Positions 34,610-48,201 of a stretch of DNA of 64,000 nucleotides are shown here, one piece after another. Position numbers and translations under genes: made by a program. The stretch spans positions 5,084,001-5,148,000 of the forward strand of contig JBHGNT010000017.1 of assembly GCA_043228905.1 (NCBI GenBank), written 5' to 3'. The notes beneath the pieces are model-generated. The model saw only the letters and a program-made list of their open reading frames with translations. It did not search any database and was not told the DNA's origin. Source of the DNA: Azolla caroliniana (Eukaryota; Plantae; Polypodiophyta). Numbering within the stretch: the stretch's first letter is position 1; every line of letters begins with the position of its first letter.

Positions 34610-35520
34610 TGGCCGGGACCTTACGCACACCGGGCCTAGAGACTCCGGCAACCGGCCCAAGAGCCGGTGTGAGACCTAGAGTGACGGGCGGTGGCGGCGG
34701 CAAGGCGGGCGACCACGATGGTTACATGGGAGAGGGTGCGGAAAGAGCGACTCTCTCGTCTTGCGGCGAATGGACGGCCATGGAGGCCGGTAACTAGGGA
34801 TTCGGGACATGGCGGCCCGAAACATCGAGTGAGGAGGAGACAAGCGGCAGTGTCGCGACCTTACACACACCGGCCCTAGAAGCACCGGCGGTTGGCTCGA
34901 TGGCCGGCATGAGACCTAGAGCGACGGGCGGTGGCGGCGGCAAGGCGGGCAACCGAGACAATGGTAAGGAGACCGTGGAAGAGGAGGCGGCAAGCATAAT
35001 TCATGCTTGCATATACGGAGGCGGGGTAGCCACGGACGACGATGTCCGAATGGAGGTGGCTACGGGCATAGCATCGATGAGCGGCGGCGTTGCTACCTTA
35101 CACGCATCGGTTCAAGAGACCCCGGCGGCCGGCCCAAGTGCCCGCGTGAGACCTAGGGTAACGAACGGTGGCGGCGACAAGGCGGGCGACCACGGCGACA
35201 ATGTGGGAGAGGGTGCGGAGCGAGCGACCCTCTCGACTTGTGGGAAGAGGACGGCCATGGATGAGGCCGATATCTACGGATGCAATGGATGCCACTTCGA
35301 GAGTGGGCGAAAGTTTCAGGACGCGGTTGCCCAAAACGTTCTACGAGGATTTCGTGAGCATACTCAAGGCTTGCGAAATCGAGGAAGAAGAGGAGACGAG
35401 CGACAGTGCCGCGACCTTCCACACACTGGTCCTAAAGACTCCGGCAACCAGCCCGAGAGCCGGTGTGAGACCTAGAGAGACGGACGGTGGTGGCGGCAAG
35501 GCGGGCAACCGAAATGACGA
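34610..35520. repeat. Degenerate GC-rich internal repeats of element C
   Basis: GAGACCTAG..GACGG..GGTGGCGGC.ACAAGGCGGGC recurs at ~34670, ~34910, ~35148 and ~35467. Confidence 0.75.
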
Positions 35521-38500
35521 AGAGGAGGGTTGTAGCGGATGGAGGCGAGATCCCTTGACACCGGGGCCGGAGACTTCGGCGGTTGCGCCCGAGCGCGGAC
35601 ATAAGACCGGAGAGATGGGCGGTGGCCGTGAGGATGAGAGGCCCGGAGTGGGCAAGTGCGAAAAGACCGAAGGAGAGGTCCGGAGCGGCATCGAGGAGCG
35701 AGTCGGGAACCGACCCGACCGAAAGATGAGCCGGTCGGTAATCTGACCCGACCGAGAGGCGAAGCGGAAGAAGAGTGAAGCGGGGGCCGGTCAACCGGGC
35801 CCGAACCGAAGGAAGCCGGCAAAACCGGGATTGTTTGATCGATTCGTAGCCGGGCACAACCAGTACGGGTCGGTGAGAGGCCGAGAGCAAGAGGAGCCCT
35901 CCACACCTATGCTTGAGACTTCGGCGGTTGCGGATCAACGGAAGACCGAAGAGATGGCAGGTGGCGACGAGGAGTTGGAAGACAATGCGGAATCGGGTAC
36001 CGGAGCGGATGCCCGGTGTGGGAAGGACGAAGAGACCAACGCAGAGGTCGGGTCTACGGCGGAAGCACGACACGAGACGCATGCAATACGGCCGGTGGAG
36101 GGCCAAGACACAAGCATGCATACGGCGGATGGGCGACAACGATTGACCGACGATGACGGTCAGGTCAAGCCTTCGAGAGGCAAGCGCGGGACGAAGGACG
36201 ACGCGGCGAAACACCAAGATCGACGACATGGGCCGAGCGCGATCAGCACGAACGGAGAGTCGTGTCTAGGAAAACGGAGGAGGTGCGTGGAGAACGGAGG
36301 GCTACGCACCGGGAAGAGAAAACGCGGTGTCCCGAAGGACATGCGAGGCCAATCGGGCCAAGAGGGCGCGGGTCGAGGCGAAGCGGTAACGAGAGCCACG
36401 AAGAAGGACGGGGTGATGGCACGCTCTACCACGAGAGAGCACGGCGAACAAGGGGAAAGCGAAAAGCGCGTGATGGGGTCATCGAAGGACCGAAGCACGA
36501 GCACGCATTCGGAGGAGAGCATCGACATACGGGGAAAGCCTACGGAAGGCAAGCGCGGAGCGGAGAGAGTTGGCACGCCGAGGTGTGCGGCACGCAAAGG
36601 GCGGAATCCGGCATGCGACCGGGAGCGCATCCGGAGGATATACAAGGCGGACAAAGGAAGAGCAACCGGGTCGGTGACGGCGTTCGGGAGGACCGAACGG
36701 GGAGGAAAGCACAGGCATCGGATACGGCGGGTCGGATGTAGTCGGAGGTTCAAGGACGCACGGTGGACGTGGCGGATCGGGTGGAGGCAACAACTCGGCG
36801 AACATCGTCGAGTGTGGCGGATCGGATGGCGCCGACGGTTTGAGACCATTCCGCGAGGATGGTGGACCGGAAGGTGGCGGTGGTTCGTGTGGACGGGGTG
36901 GTCTTGCTCGAAGTGGAAGACAAAACCGGGCGGGCCCACGAGGACGCTAAGGACTCGGTCGATCGTCGTGGCCGAAAATCTCGTGTTCTCTCCCCTATGT
37001 TTGGCACATACCGGTGGATGTGCGGTTAGGTGGGGGCGGATGTCGTGAAGATTTTCGTCCACAAGCGGAAACCCGAGCAACGAGAGCCAAAGAGCCATGT
37101 GCAACATTGCACACGTACATAATGTATTTGTAATAGTAATAAGGGGTAAAGTGTATGGTGCTAGAAATGCCCCATAGGATCCCTAAGGCATAAAGGTGAT
37201 GTGGTCTTGTGCGCACATCCACGCGAGAGAGAGAGAGAGGGGTACTATGCGGTACATAGGTACCTAGTTGTTTGTGTGGAGGTGGGAGTTAAGGGGCCAT
37301 CAATCTCACCCTCCCCAAATCAAGGCAAATATCCCCTTTGAATGAAAGGGGATATTTTAGTCTCACTTTTGTAAACGTTCTTCCCTCCTTGTGCTATAAA
37401 AGGAGAGGGAAGGCACCATTGTAAGGGTTGCCTATTTTGAGTGTGCGAGGTATACCACATAGGTTGAGCGTTAGGGTTAGGGTTAGGGTTTCTTTATCTT
37501 TATCTTCATCTTCGTTGGTTAGGGTTTCGAGTAGTCGTTTGGTGCGGCCTATGCGGCCACCATTTTGTAATCGTTCATTTCGTTTTAATACATCTTGTTG
37601 ATCGTCTTGTCTCCTTCTTCCTCTTGTTCGATCTAATCTCTTGATCATTCTTCTTCTTCTTGAGCAAAGCTTCCATTCCATGTCCGATTCCTTCTCCTCT
37701 ACTCCTTAGTCCAAGACCCCCGTGGTCCCGCCCTTCTCCACGCACGCGCGTAGCAACGCGACAACGTATGGTATCGATAACGTGGGAATCCAAGGGCATG
37801 CCGAAGACCTGTGTTGCTTGCAGTCGTGTCGGTCCCAAGATTACTTGCTTTTGGTTATCTAAAGTTGGCTCGCCGAGACGCGGAGCTAGATACAAACACC
37901 GTGATAATGCATCTGCCTTCCCTTGGTGCTTCCCCGAACGATATGTAATTTTGAAGTCAAAATGCGTGAGGAATTGGGCCCACCGAGCTTGAAGTCGATT
38001 TAACACACAAGCACTGTGAAAGTAGGCAAGGTTTTTGTGATCACTGAATACGGTGACTTGATTAGAGAATCCCTGTAGAAAATGCCTCCATTGCGTAAAA
38101 GACTCCACTATTGCTAATAGCTCCTTATCATGAATTTCATAATTGATTTTGGCGGCGTCAAACTTGCGTGAGTGGAAAGCCACAAGATGTTGCTTTTCAT
38201 CATTACCTTGTTGTGACAGAATGCTACCCAATACGAAATCCGACGCGTCCGCTTCCATGAGGAATGGTTTTTCCGGATCAACATGAGCTAGAATAAGAGC
38301 CGATGTAAATGCCTTCTTAAGATTCTCAAAAGCCATGTCCGCTTCTTCAGACCAAACGAACGATTATCCCTTCTTAGTAAGTTGTGTGAGAGGCAGAACA
38401 AGCTTTGAGTAATCCTGTATAAACCTGCGGTAGAAATTCGCAAAGCCTAAAAAGCATTGCATATCTCGCAACGAACGTGGAGTTTGCCACTCTACCACCG

Positions 38501-41500
38501 TTTTGACCTTAGCTAGATCCATGGAGATGCCTTCCGAGGAGATGACATAGCCCAGAAATTCCACCTGGTTGCACCTGAAACTACATTTTTCCAGCTTTGC
38601 ATAAAGACCATGTTCTTGAAGTCGTTTTAGTACTAACAGTACATGAGAATTATGCTCTTCTTGGGTCTTCGAATAAACTAGTAGATCATCCAAATTGTTG
38701 ATCAAACAAACATCCAAGAGATCTCGGAAGATATCATTTGCCATGTGCTGGAAGACTGATGGTGCATTAGTGAGGCCGAACGACATGACCGTTTACTCGA
38801 AGTGCCCATATCTGGTGCGAAACGCGGTCTTCCATTCATCTCCTAGTCGGATCCGTACGAGGTTATATGCTCCCCGTAGGTCAATCTTTGTGAAGAACCT
38901 TGCACCATTGATCCATTCTAAAAGACTTGAGATAAGGGGAAGTGCATACCTATTTCTGATGGTGACTTTATTCAAGCCACAGTAATCTACAACGAGACGA
39001 AGTGATCCATCCTTTTTCTTGACGAAGAAAATGGGTGCGTCGGCTGGAGATTTCGAATGCCGAATGAAACCATTTTCTAAATTCTCCTCTATATAGGCTC
39101 GAAGGACTTCTAGCTTGGTTGGTGACAAATTGTAGATCGGTGCCCATGGTGGCTCTTTTCTTGATTGTAAATCGATGGGGCAATCATACAGTTGATGGTG
39201 AGGAAGCATATTGGCTTGTATTTTCTGAGAGATATCTGATGAGCTTGGGCAAAATTCCTATCCCTGAAGCAAGAATTAGCTCCGGAATCTAGAAGTGCTA
39301 AGACATGTACTGGAGGGGTACTTTTTGTACTAACTGTTACTTGGACTACGAACACATTACTAACTTGCTTAGAGGGAATGGAACCACTAATGAGTTGCAC
39401 AGATCTAGGGTTGTCCAACCAAACGGCTCCTATTTTGGCTGGACTTAGTTGTTTAACTCTTCTTCTAACTGTAGTGGGTATTGTAGTGAGTTAATGAAGA
39501 GAGAGGGTGACCTTATATAAAGCACCCTCCCCCTACTTCATAAGTGTTAGTTGTTGCTCCTTGTAATGCTACATTTTTGTATTTCATATTCTCCTTGTTA
39601 ATATACACCTTCTTGAGTACTTCATTTTCATTTTTATCTATCTTGTGTTTCTCTTCTCTCCTCTCCTCTTTCCACAAACACACTCACACACAACACACAT
39701 CTCTTCCGTTGCACAGAATCATATTCAATTCTTTACAGACAGCCATGTATTGCAAACTTGCCACACTAAACTTTTAAGGATATTCCACAAATACCTGTCA
39801 CTCTATGTAAAATGGCTTAGTTATTGTAAATTCATATAATTTGGATTCAAACATGTGTAAACAACATCGAGTCATGACCAAGCCTATTCTTAAAACCGAG
39901 CCTAGGATTCTCAACTCAACTATTAAGCGATCCCACCCACCCCTTTTTTAAATCATGAACATATAAACAAATGCACCCACACACACACACACACACACAT
40001 ATATATACACAAACACAAATGCACATATGTACTTAAACGTGCCCATATACATGTAAACAAAATTCGCTTCACGCACGCAAATGTGCAATTGAGAGCTCAT
40101 ACCATCAAAAACATGCATGTGAGCACATCATGGACATTTCCACAAAACACACTCTCAAACATATCCAGAAACATACACACATGCATACAAGAGTGTGCAC
40201 ATGCACACACTTAGTTAACAAATGCATATTTACACATAAACATTATATTGTTACCCACACACTAATGCACATACATTTCTTGTATCAATTGAAGTAAAAA
40301 TATTGTTAGAAGCACAACCACATCTCGGCCAACTCATATATTGACTCCCACAACCCTTCATCAACAAAGCCATCTTCCTTTGTTCATGTCCTCAACAATC
40401 CCAGTTTGCACACGCACATACACGCACACAATTTTTTTAATAGTCTAACATCAGCATGCTTCCACTAGATGCATGGATTGTAGCATGCACTCGTATGATA
40501 ATACCAAAATTCCAAGTAAGATCCTAAAACTCATGAAATTCTGCAATGCATGTCGATTGAGGTGTTTCATACCATGCACCATTGATATCATGGCACCGTT
40601 CCCAACCAAAAAAGCATATCCTACGATATGCATCTAAAACGTTTTCGCCATGGGGAATGATCCACATATAATGTACATATCAATTATGGAAATTTGGACC
40701 ATCATATTATATTTGAGATGTCAAGGAAATCCGCGTGCGCATGTGAAATATTTTGTAGGACCACCAAGGTTCTAAACTAGGGAAGAGAAGATTGGACAAG
40801 ATTATGCCTTTAGAGTTTGTTGAAGCCATGACTCATGCATTAGAGGTGGCGCCTGTGCGTGTGCCTGAAACTTTCTCCACTTTAATATATAAAGGAGCAT
40901 TAGTATTATGCTCATGGGTGGATGAGTGTAACTGTTTTTGTTTAGTGAGAGTGTGAGATGATAGTAATGTGTGTGAGAATGTGCATCGCCCAAGAAGTTG
41001 TGAAAATGGATATATGTGTGTGACGATTGTTTAACTTTAGGTGTTTACATGTGTATATATATGCATTTATTGTAAAGTATACAAGTGTTTGTTTTGCTTG
41101 CAATATTTACTTTTTCATGTCCCATGTGCAATTGCACACGTGAGATAACTTGTGTTGGTCTTAATTTGTGTGTATAAACATTTACTCGTGCATGTGTTTT
41201 CATCTGCAGGTGAATGATATGTGTATGATTATTATTATGATTCTTCTTCTTGCAATCATCATTTATCGTTTATTAGGTTCAAAAGAGTGTTTTTTTTTTC
41301 CGAAAAACAAAAGAGTCATTTATGATATAGCTTATTGGAGAATGAGAATAATTCTATTAAATTATTCCATCGCATTTTTTTCTTCATTAAAAGTCGAATA
41401 ACATCACTTCTGTAATATGATTTTCTAATGCAATTGGAGCGATATACACATGCCATTTAACAAATATATGTTATTACTTGTCTTATAAATGATATCGCAC

Positions 41501-44396
41501 AAGCGAAGATTTTATACGTTAAAAGATGAAGAGCTTCGGAATTTCAAATATAATATAATGTAACGACTACTTTGAAACGAAATTGATCACAATATACTTA
41601 ACAGTAAAAGCAGAGAAACCCCAACGTGGAAATGTATTTTGTTAAGCATTGTTTTAGAATTCATGTGAACTTCATTTAAACCTTGTATTTCTTATGTATC
41701 TTTTTTTTCCCTCTTGAAATATCAAATTGTTCTCGCCTTCTTCTGCCACGCACATGGGCATGAGGACAAAGCATTATAATGGAATGACCTCGTTAAGCGT
41801 AAAACTGTTGATATTATAATTGTCTAACAGTTGCATCCTTTATAACAATTAAATTGTTAAGAGTTTTTCATTGGTCTCGATTGTCAACATTCTTTCAATT
41901 GATGCAAATGCAAGCAATACCCCATCAAAAGAAAAAGAGAAGATTGTTTTGTTAATGTACAATGCTTTTACATTACCTCTATATGTTTCGTCATCTCAAA
42001 ATCTTGCTATATACATTGTAAATATATAAACATCATGATATGGTGGTAAATCTTGTTCTCGCCAATGTAAAGTGGGTAATGAGGACATCATTATATGTTC
42101 ATGGTAAGAACTCTTTATAATTCTAGTTCAAAATATGGGAGTTGGGGAGGCTCACAAAATTTCCATGGGGGACATTGTTGTAGTGCACAAATCCCACTCA
42201 CAAGATTATATGTGCGCAAAACACACACATCGATAGAATACCACGCCGCAACCCACAATACGTGCACCACAATCCTCCCAATCCATTTGGTGTACCTATG
42301 GAAATGTGCGATCATAATTTAATGAAAACAGAAAGATCTTGTTTGAATTGCCTTGTACTTAAAAAGGCAAGTGTCATTTTCACACTTCACAATCACAATG
42401 TTGTAAAGCCATTTTTAGGAGTTGATTAATCAATAATGTTATGATGTTAGTCAAAGCATAGGCCTATAAAGTCAATATCTATGAAAACTTTATGTTGTTT
42501 TTTGGAGAAACAATGATTTTTTAGTTCTGAGTGATACATATGGAGTTATGTGTGAGACAATATTTGTCATCTTGGAAATGCATGTCCTTCATGAGGGTTT
42601 TAAGCAACTCTTTTGAAAAGGCTAGTATGTCAAAGAAAGACATGTCATAAACTTATAGTTACAAGTAGCAAATCTACCATAGGCGAACTAGGGTGAATAT
42701 TAATGATAGGATTTAGAAACACCTAAAAGTACCATCCATTGAAATTGACCACATACTTTACTTGTCTATTACCCATAGTGACTATGTTGGAAAAGTATCA
42801 TAAGCTCCTAATTATGGTAATTGTGAAGAGAGGCACATGAGGATAATGAGATTCACATGACTCCTAGCTTTTTAATTGTATGGTCAAAGATCTCTAAATT
42901 TGGGCAAAATATTCTTTTTCTTTGAACACAAGCTTGCATAATATGACAAGTTGGACATAAGATGCAAAACATAAAAAGATTTTAAGATCAATGAGTGCCA
43001 CTCACCAAATTGAATTAAGATTATGTCATTCCTCATTAGCTTTGAATAATAGGTAAATTGGTATGGTACACCTTGGTAACAATTATTTGTGAGGGAATAC
43101 TCAAATTAAAGCTTGTGTTGTGGAGGTACTTGAATTAATGTTTTTGTTTTGGGGGCACTTAAGTTAGTTAACATTCTATTGCATTTGTGACCTTTGCAAG
43201 TCTTTATTTACAATGAAAATGTTCGTATCTCATGAATTGCTTGTTGAATTTTCAAGGATGCATAGATCAATCACATACATGACTATAAATGTATACAAAA
43301 ATTTATCAACCAACAAAGATATAAATTGAACAATCTTGATCAAGTTAATGATGGTGTACTACACCGATGGCTGCAGAAATTGGAGTGGATATACGGTGGT
43401 AGTACGTAGTACCTAGATGGTTGTTCCCCCCTTCGATTAGATGAAAGCGGGGTGTGAATGACATGAGAAACCTAGAGAACAAACATGTGAGCTATTGAGT
43501 GTAAGATAAATAAGTGATGTAGCCCATATGAAAGTAGGTAATGACTACCCGTTAAAGGGACTAAAGTTGTGTATTGAATGTCATTTTAACTAATGGAGTA
43601 TATTCTTATTTGGAAAAATTTAAAAAATTTTAAAAAAATCTTGATCAAACGGTAAAAGCATTTGTATCATTACACATCAATGATCTTTCAACTATACCTC
43701 TCACGAATGGCTCCAACAATAACTTCAATCCCTTGTAGTCTTCTTGTCAATAAACTAGTCTTAATTGCTAGAAATGGATTTGGAATTGCATAAATTTAGT
43801 GTTTAATGAACCACATTTGAAATTTAGGTTGGAAAATTATCATAAAGTTTGGGACATTTGACTTGTAAGGTTATTAACATTGCTTAATGGACAAAGGATA
43901 GAAAATATGTGCTTGCCCCTCGACCTTTTTTTTTAGGTCCAAAAGAGAAGCTACTTTCCCATTAGTTAGGAGAGATATTTACAAAATTACTATACAAGAT
44001 GGCTTATATATAAATGGGGGAATCACCCCCCAACCAAGTTTAAGAATATGAAACTATGTACGTATCCTCTCATACTTTCTACTTAATGTAAGTAGGTACC
44101 TAGAGCTATAAACTAGTGGCAATCATCACCAACTAGCACGAACCCGATCCTCTGACCTTCAATGGAGGGAGGGTAGGAGGTGAGTAGGAAACAACCAACA
44201 TGGGGGTTGGTAGTTCCACCTCGGGCCGTTTCCTCCTTGTGTCACCATCGGCGTGTAACAGTGCCGCGTGTTCCTCCACCATGTTACTTTGTATAGCCAA
44301 TATATATTCATGTTTGAGCTCAAGAATATTATGTCTCCTAAAGTAAATGATATTAGACAAATGTGACTATGTAATATCCCAAGAAAAATCTTATTT

Positions 44397-44663
44397 CTAC
44401 GTTGCGAGGTGAGTTTGAAAGTCTTCAAGGGCCATCTGATGCAAGTGAAGAAGCGAGAGCTCGTTTCTTGCTGAAATGGAGCAGTTCGTCGATGCTACAG
44501 ATAATGGATGGTAAAGTGAAGTGGAATTATCAACCACCACGGTGGTGTACCTAACATCTAGATGGGTGTTGGCTGCCATGAGGAGTGAATGGAGGACATC
44601 TATGCTGAATTCTGCTTGTATGAGGCTCACGTGGAGAATATGCGTTCGAGTAATGCTATACAC
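44397..44663 (-). pseudogene. Possible decayed RAD51/DMC1-like recombinase fragment
   Basis: LLMAANTHLDVRYTTVVVDNSTSLYH...SARNELS resembles the RAD51 Walker B region (LL.AA....RFAL.IVDSATALYR...SGRGELS); no other exons found. Confidence 0.3.
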
Positions 44664-46202
44664 ATCGAATGATGTGGTGCTTTGGAGTTGTTTTCTTTTT
44701 GTTGTTTCATCTACACATATTGTTTTCTTTCGACATGCAAGATGTCTTATAAGATATGAGTTGTAAATTATCCTTTGTACATTGCTTAACTAATGGAAGT
44801 AGCTTTTTTTTTGGAAAAAAAATAAAATCCCAAGAAAAATCGTTTAGGGATGAGCATTATAACTATGATGTCATGTATGCATCTACTTGGGAGATATGCC
44901 ACATATATGTTGTTTACTATCGAATTTTGTGTCATGACTCTCAACTCTCCAAGGAAAGGAGATTTGTGTAAAAAGATAAAATAAAACAAAAGTAATAACA
45001 ATACATATTAAGAAGCAAACAAGATTTGAGGATGTAAATGTGGGATCACATTTAGTGAAACTTCTACACAATACTATTGAACGTCCATCATCAAATCAAT
45101 CATTTTTTGTGAGCATAGTGGCCTAACAAACAACGTGGTGAAGGCCAAGGTCATGAGGTTGTCAACATTTGGTCTTTTGGCAATACACATATTACTAATG
45201 GGAAACCTAAACGTGAGATTAAAAAACTCATGAAAAATGTACAAACTTTCAATGATTAAAAATAATCAGAGTAAAGGTGGAATGTTCGTAGAAAGATGTC
45301 AACAAATTGGAGATAATCATAAAGAGATTGTTTCAAAAAGGACTTGAAGAATCAAAAGTAAACAAAGAGCAATTGACTAATGATAACACAATTTCCACCT
45401 ACCCAAAATCAGACCCAATGGAAAAAAAGATCTCTTCCACATCACTAGGAAACATGCCAAGCAACCAAATGGATTTCCCAAATAGTGAATTTGGAAACAT
45501 GAATCAAAGATTGCCCTTGAATTGAAGAACAATTCTGTAACAAATGGATCATTGGTTTGAATCCTAAAAGACTAATTCTCCTTTTCTTCATGGTGTTTTT
45601 TAAGACATCCTACATGGCTAAACTAGCTCTTTAGATTTCCTAACAACATTATAACCACTATAGGAATGTCTTTGCTCATGTATTCCACTATAGGACCGAA
45701 TTCATGGGGAATAGCCAAATTGAGAAATTTGGAGGATAAATTTAGTTTTTATTTTCAACTGTTATTTACTTTTGTTTTTGTTCTAATATTTGAAGAGTGC
45801 ATGGACAGTAATATATCAACAACATCATGTACAAAGCACATTGAAGTTGGGTTACCTTAAAAAAGGCCACTCCTACATGTATTTTTCTCAATTTTATACT
45901 AAATTTGACATGAATGCCATGCGTCTGTTATATTGCCTTGTCACGACACTCCAGGTACTTTGAGGAATAATAAAAATCGTCAAAAATTAAAGAGTAAGAT
46001 AATGATAGATATCATAAAGCAAACAAAATATAACATAGACATATGGCAATCTCTCTTTCTAAAATTTGTTGGGTTTGTCAAGGACGTAAAGGCCAATCTT
46101 GGTCTAAACTTATATTTTAATTACTTATTAAATGTGAATCTCTAGCCACGTACTTTGACGTCAAAATTGACAAAACACAACTTATAATTATTTGCTTGCT
46201 TA

Positions 46203-46203
<1 letters not shown>

Positions 46204-46268
<65 letters not shown>
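46204..46268. repeat. Compound (CA)n-(TC)n microsatellite
   Basis: Seen directly. Confidence 0.95.
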
Positions 46269-46271
<3 letters not shown>

Positions 46272-46854
46272 CTTTGACAGGTGTACAGACGTAAACTAGA
46301 GGACATCAAATTGAAATGAATCATGAATATGCGGAGATTGAAATTAATGGACCAATAGGTGTTGAGTAAATAAAAGAAACAATATGATCTCAAATTTGGT
46401 TTTTTTTGTCATGGTCCATTGTGCTCGAAATTTTGATTATATTTGTGTTAACAACAAGTATGTTGTAGGTTGTAGCCAATGTAATTCTTAGGCACCAACT
46501 ACCCTTTTGACCAAGGATATGCCTTAAAATTGGGCACAATTAGCATCAATCAAATATTATCCAATTGGTACACATCAATGAATTCACTTGATGAGTTTCT
46601 TGCTATATGTATGTTGATTATGATGTGATATTTCTAGTTGCAATATTGGGTCATAGCTCTAGCCAAAGTTGTTGTGCATGTACCTCTTAATATGTGACAA
46701 GTACATTATAGTGTTGAAGAGCAAAAAAAATAAAGAAAAAAAGGAGACAAAAGAATTAATGTCAAGGCAAGAATTGAGAGGTTCAACTGAACATTAGGAA
46801 GTTCATATTGGATTTTGGTTTGCAAACTTGCTAAAGAGGTTTAGCGTATTATTC

Positions 46855-47196
46855 TTGAATGTTAATAAACTTCGGTAGTACTTAATGTGGGGTTTCTAAT
46901 GTTATGTTTTAGACCCCTTTGGTGAGCTTCTAGTGCTTAAAGTGAAGTAGGTTTCTAGTAATCATTGGCGACTTTATAATGTTGCAAACTCTCAAGTTTG
47001 AAGCTTCCAATTTTCATGGGATCATCTTTGAATGTTAATAAACTTTGGTAGTACTTAATGTGGAGTTCGTAGTTGTTACCTTTTAGACCCCTTTTGGTGA
47101 GCTTCTAATGCTTAAAGTGAAGTAGGTTTCTATTGGTGACTTTATAATATTCCAAACTCTCAAGTTTGAAGCTCCAATTTTCATGGGATCATCTTT
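46855..47196. repeat. ~173-bp tandem duplication upstream of the dioxygenase gene
   Basis: TTGAATGTTAATAAACTT.GGTAGTACTTAATGTGG...GGGATCATCTTT at 46855 and 47028. Confidence 0.85.
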
Positions 47197-47414
47197 CTAT
47201 TAACTTGCTTTGTACTTAATCTGAACTTTCTAGTTATTACACTATGTTGCGACCTTTTCTCTTGTTCCCTCCCACTTCCATTTTTGCAAACTTTGGGTTG
47301 CGAAGTTCCAAGGTTGAATCACAAATAACGAACACTGGAACGAAAAAGATGGGGATGGTTGAATGTCCAAAAAAGAAGACAAAGAGGTAGAGGGAGAAAC
47401 ACACCCACAAAATC

Positions 47415-47422
47415 TATAAAAA
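47415..47422 (+). promoter_or_regulatory. Putative TATA box of the dioxygenase gene
   Basis: CTATAAAAAA about 45 bp upstream of the ATG at 47463. Confidence 0.45.
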
Positions 47423-47462
47423 AGTGAGGAAGGCAAAATATTGGAGAGGAGTGTGCAAAAAG

Positions 47463-48201
47463 ATGGTGATGGCTTCTCCAAAAGAAGATGAACCAAAAAG
47501 AAGCTATAACTTTCCTTCTTCTTCTTCTTCTTTTTGCTACTCCTTGTTGGTGTTGGTGTTGGTGTTGTGTTCTCATGTGGACGCCATAAATGCACTCCGA
47601 TCGCCATTGCGAAACCACCCCTCAACATTGGATCGGCATCGTTTGTCATGGACACACCATCACTCATCATTGTTGGGATATCATGGGCCGACACCACGCC
47701 AACTCTCGCTAATGCCGACCCCCGTTCCATCCCAACCATCACCTCCACAACCTCAACCACCATTGTCGGCACCCCCTACACCAACACCGGCACCATCGTG
47801 GGCACCTCCTAGAACAGCACCGACACCGACACCGCCATCGTCCAACACATCATCTTCTTCTTCCAATTGCTCCAAGATAGACGAATTGACGGAGGGCCCA
47901 TATTGGGTGGAGGAGGACATCCAAGCTTCGGATATCCGGCAAGACCTCCCGTTCGGCCTCCGACTTGACCTCATCTTCAAAGTGGACAACATCTCGACAT
48001 CATCATCATCATCGGGGCCAACAAATAATAACAATGGGTCATGCAAGGCCGTCGAGAATGCAAGGATCGATGTATGGCAAGCTCGCTACGATGGGATGTA
48101 TAGTGATGTGGAAGAGGATAATACCCAAGGGGAGACTTGGCTTCGTGGCTACCAATTCACAAACTCCTCCGGATATGCTTGTTTCACCACCATTTATCCA
48201 G
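47463..48201 (+). CDS. Intradiol ring-cleavage dioxygenase-like protein, exon 1 (hydrophobic signal/anchor, Pro/Thr/Ser-rich linker, N-terminal catalytic half)
   Basis: LLVLVLVLCS hydrophobic stretch; TEGPYW, DIR, C..V.NA.IDVWQA..DGMYS, TWLRG.Q.T...G...FTTIYPG; donor CCAG|GTAAAA (phase 1). Confidence 0.88.

Larger units (their letters stand above)
21127..37763 (+). mobile_element. Non-autonomous tRNA-Trp-primed Gypsy element C (short gag-like ORF plus GC-rich repetitive interior, no pol); hosts the DNA transposon
   Basis: Near-identical LTRs 21127-21834 and 37041-37763, TSD ACGT (21123-21126 and 37764-37767), PBS TGGTGAACCCGACGTGA at 21839-21855, PPT GGTGGGGGCGGA before 37041. Confidence 0.93.
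5490..39470 (-). mobile_element. Degenerate Ty3/Gypsy chromovirus copy 2, split by nested insertions (pieces 5490-5644, 19187-21126, 37764-39470); 5'-truncated at the end of gag
   Basis: The LTR halves rejoin across the TATAT TSD and the pol halves rejoin across the ACGT TSD. Protease LLDSGA (39110-39418), RT, RNase H (EADASD), integrase and chromodomain fragments match the 53-64 kb copy. Confidence 0.88.

Noticed and set aside
34555-37107. Many overlapping 100-400 aa ORFs on both strands
   Set aside because: GC-rich repetitive interior of element C with no recognisable domain; not called as genes.
39470-41250. Possible LTR starting TGTAGTGGG and loosely mirrored CA-rich and TG-rich tracts
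   Set aside because: Could not define a second end, TSD or real inverted repeat; the similarity is compositional.
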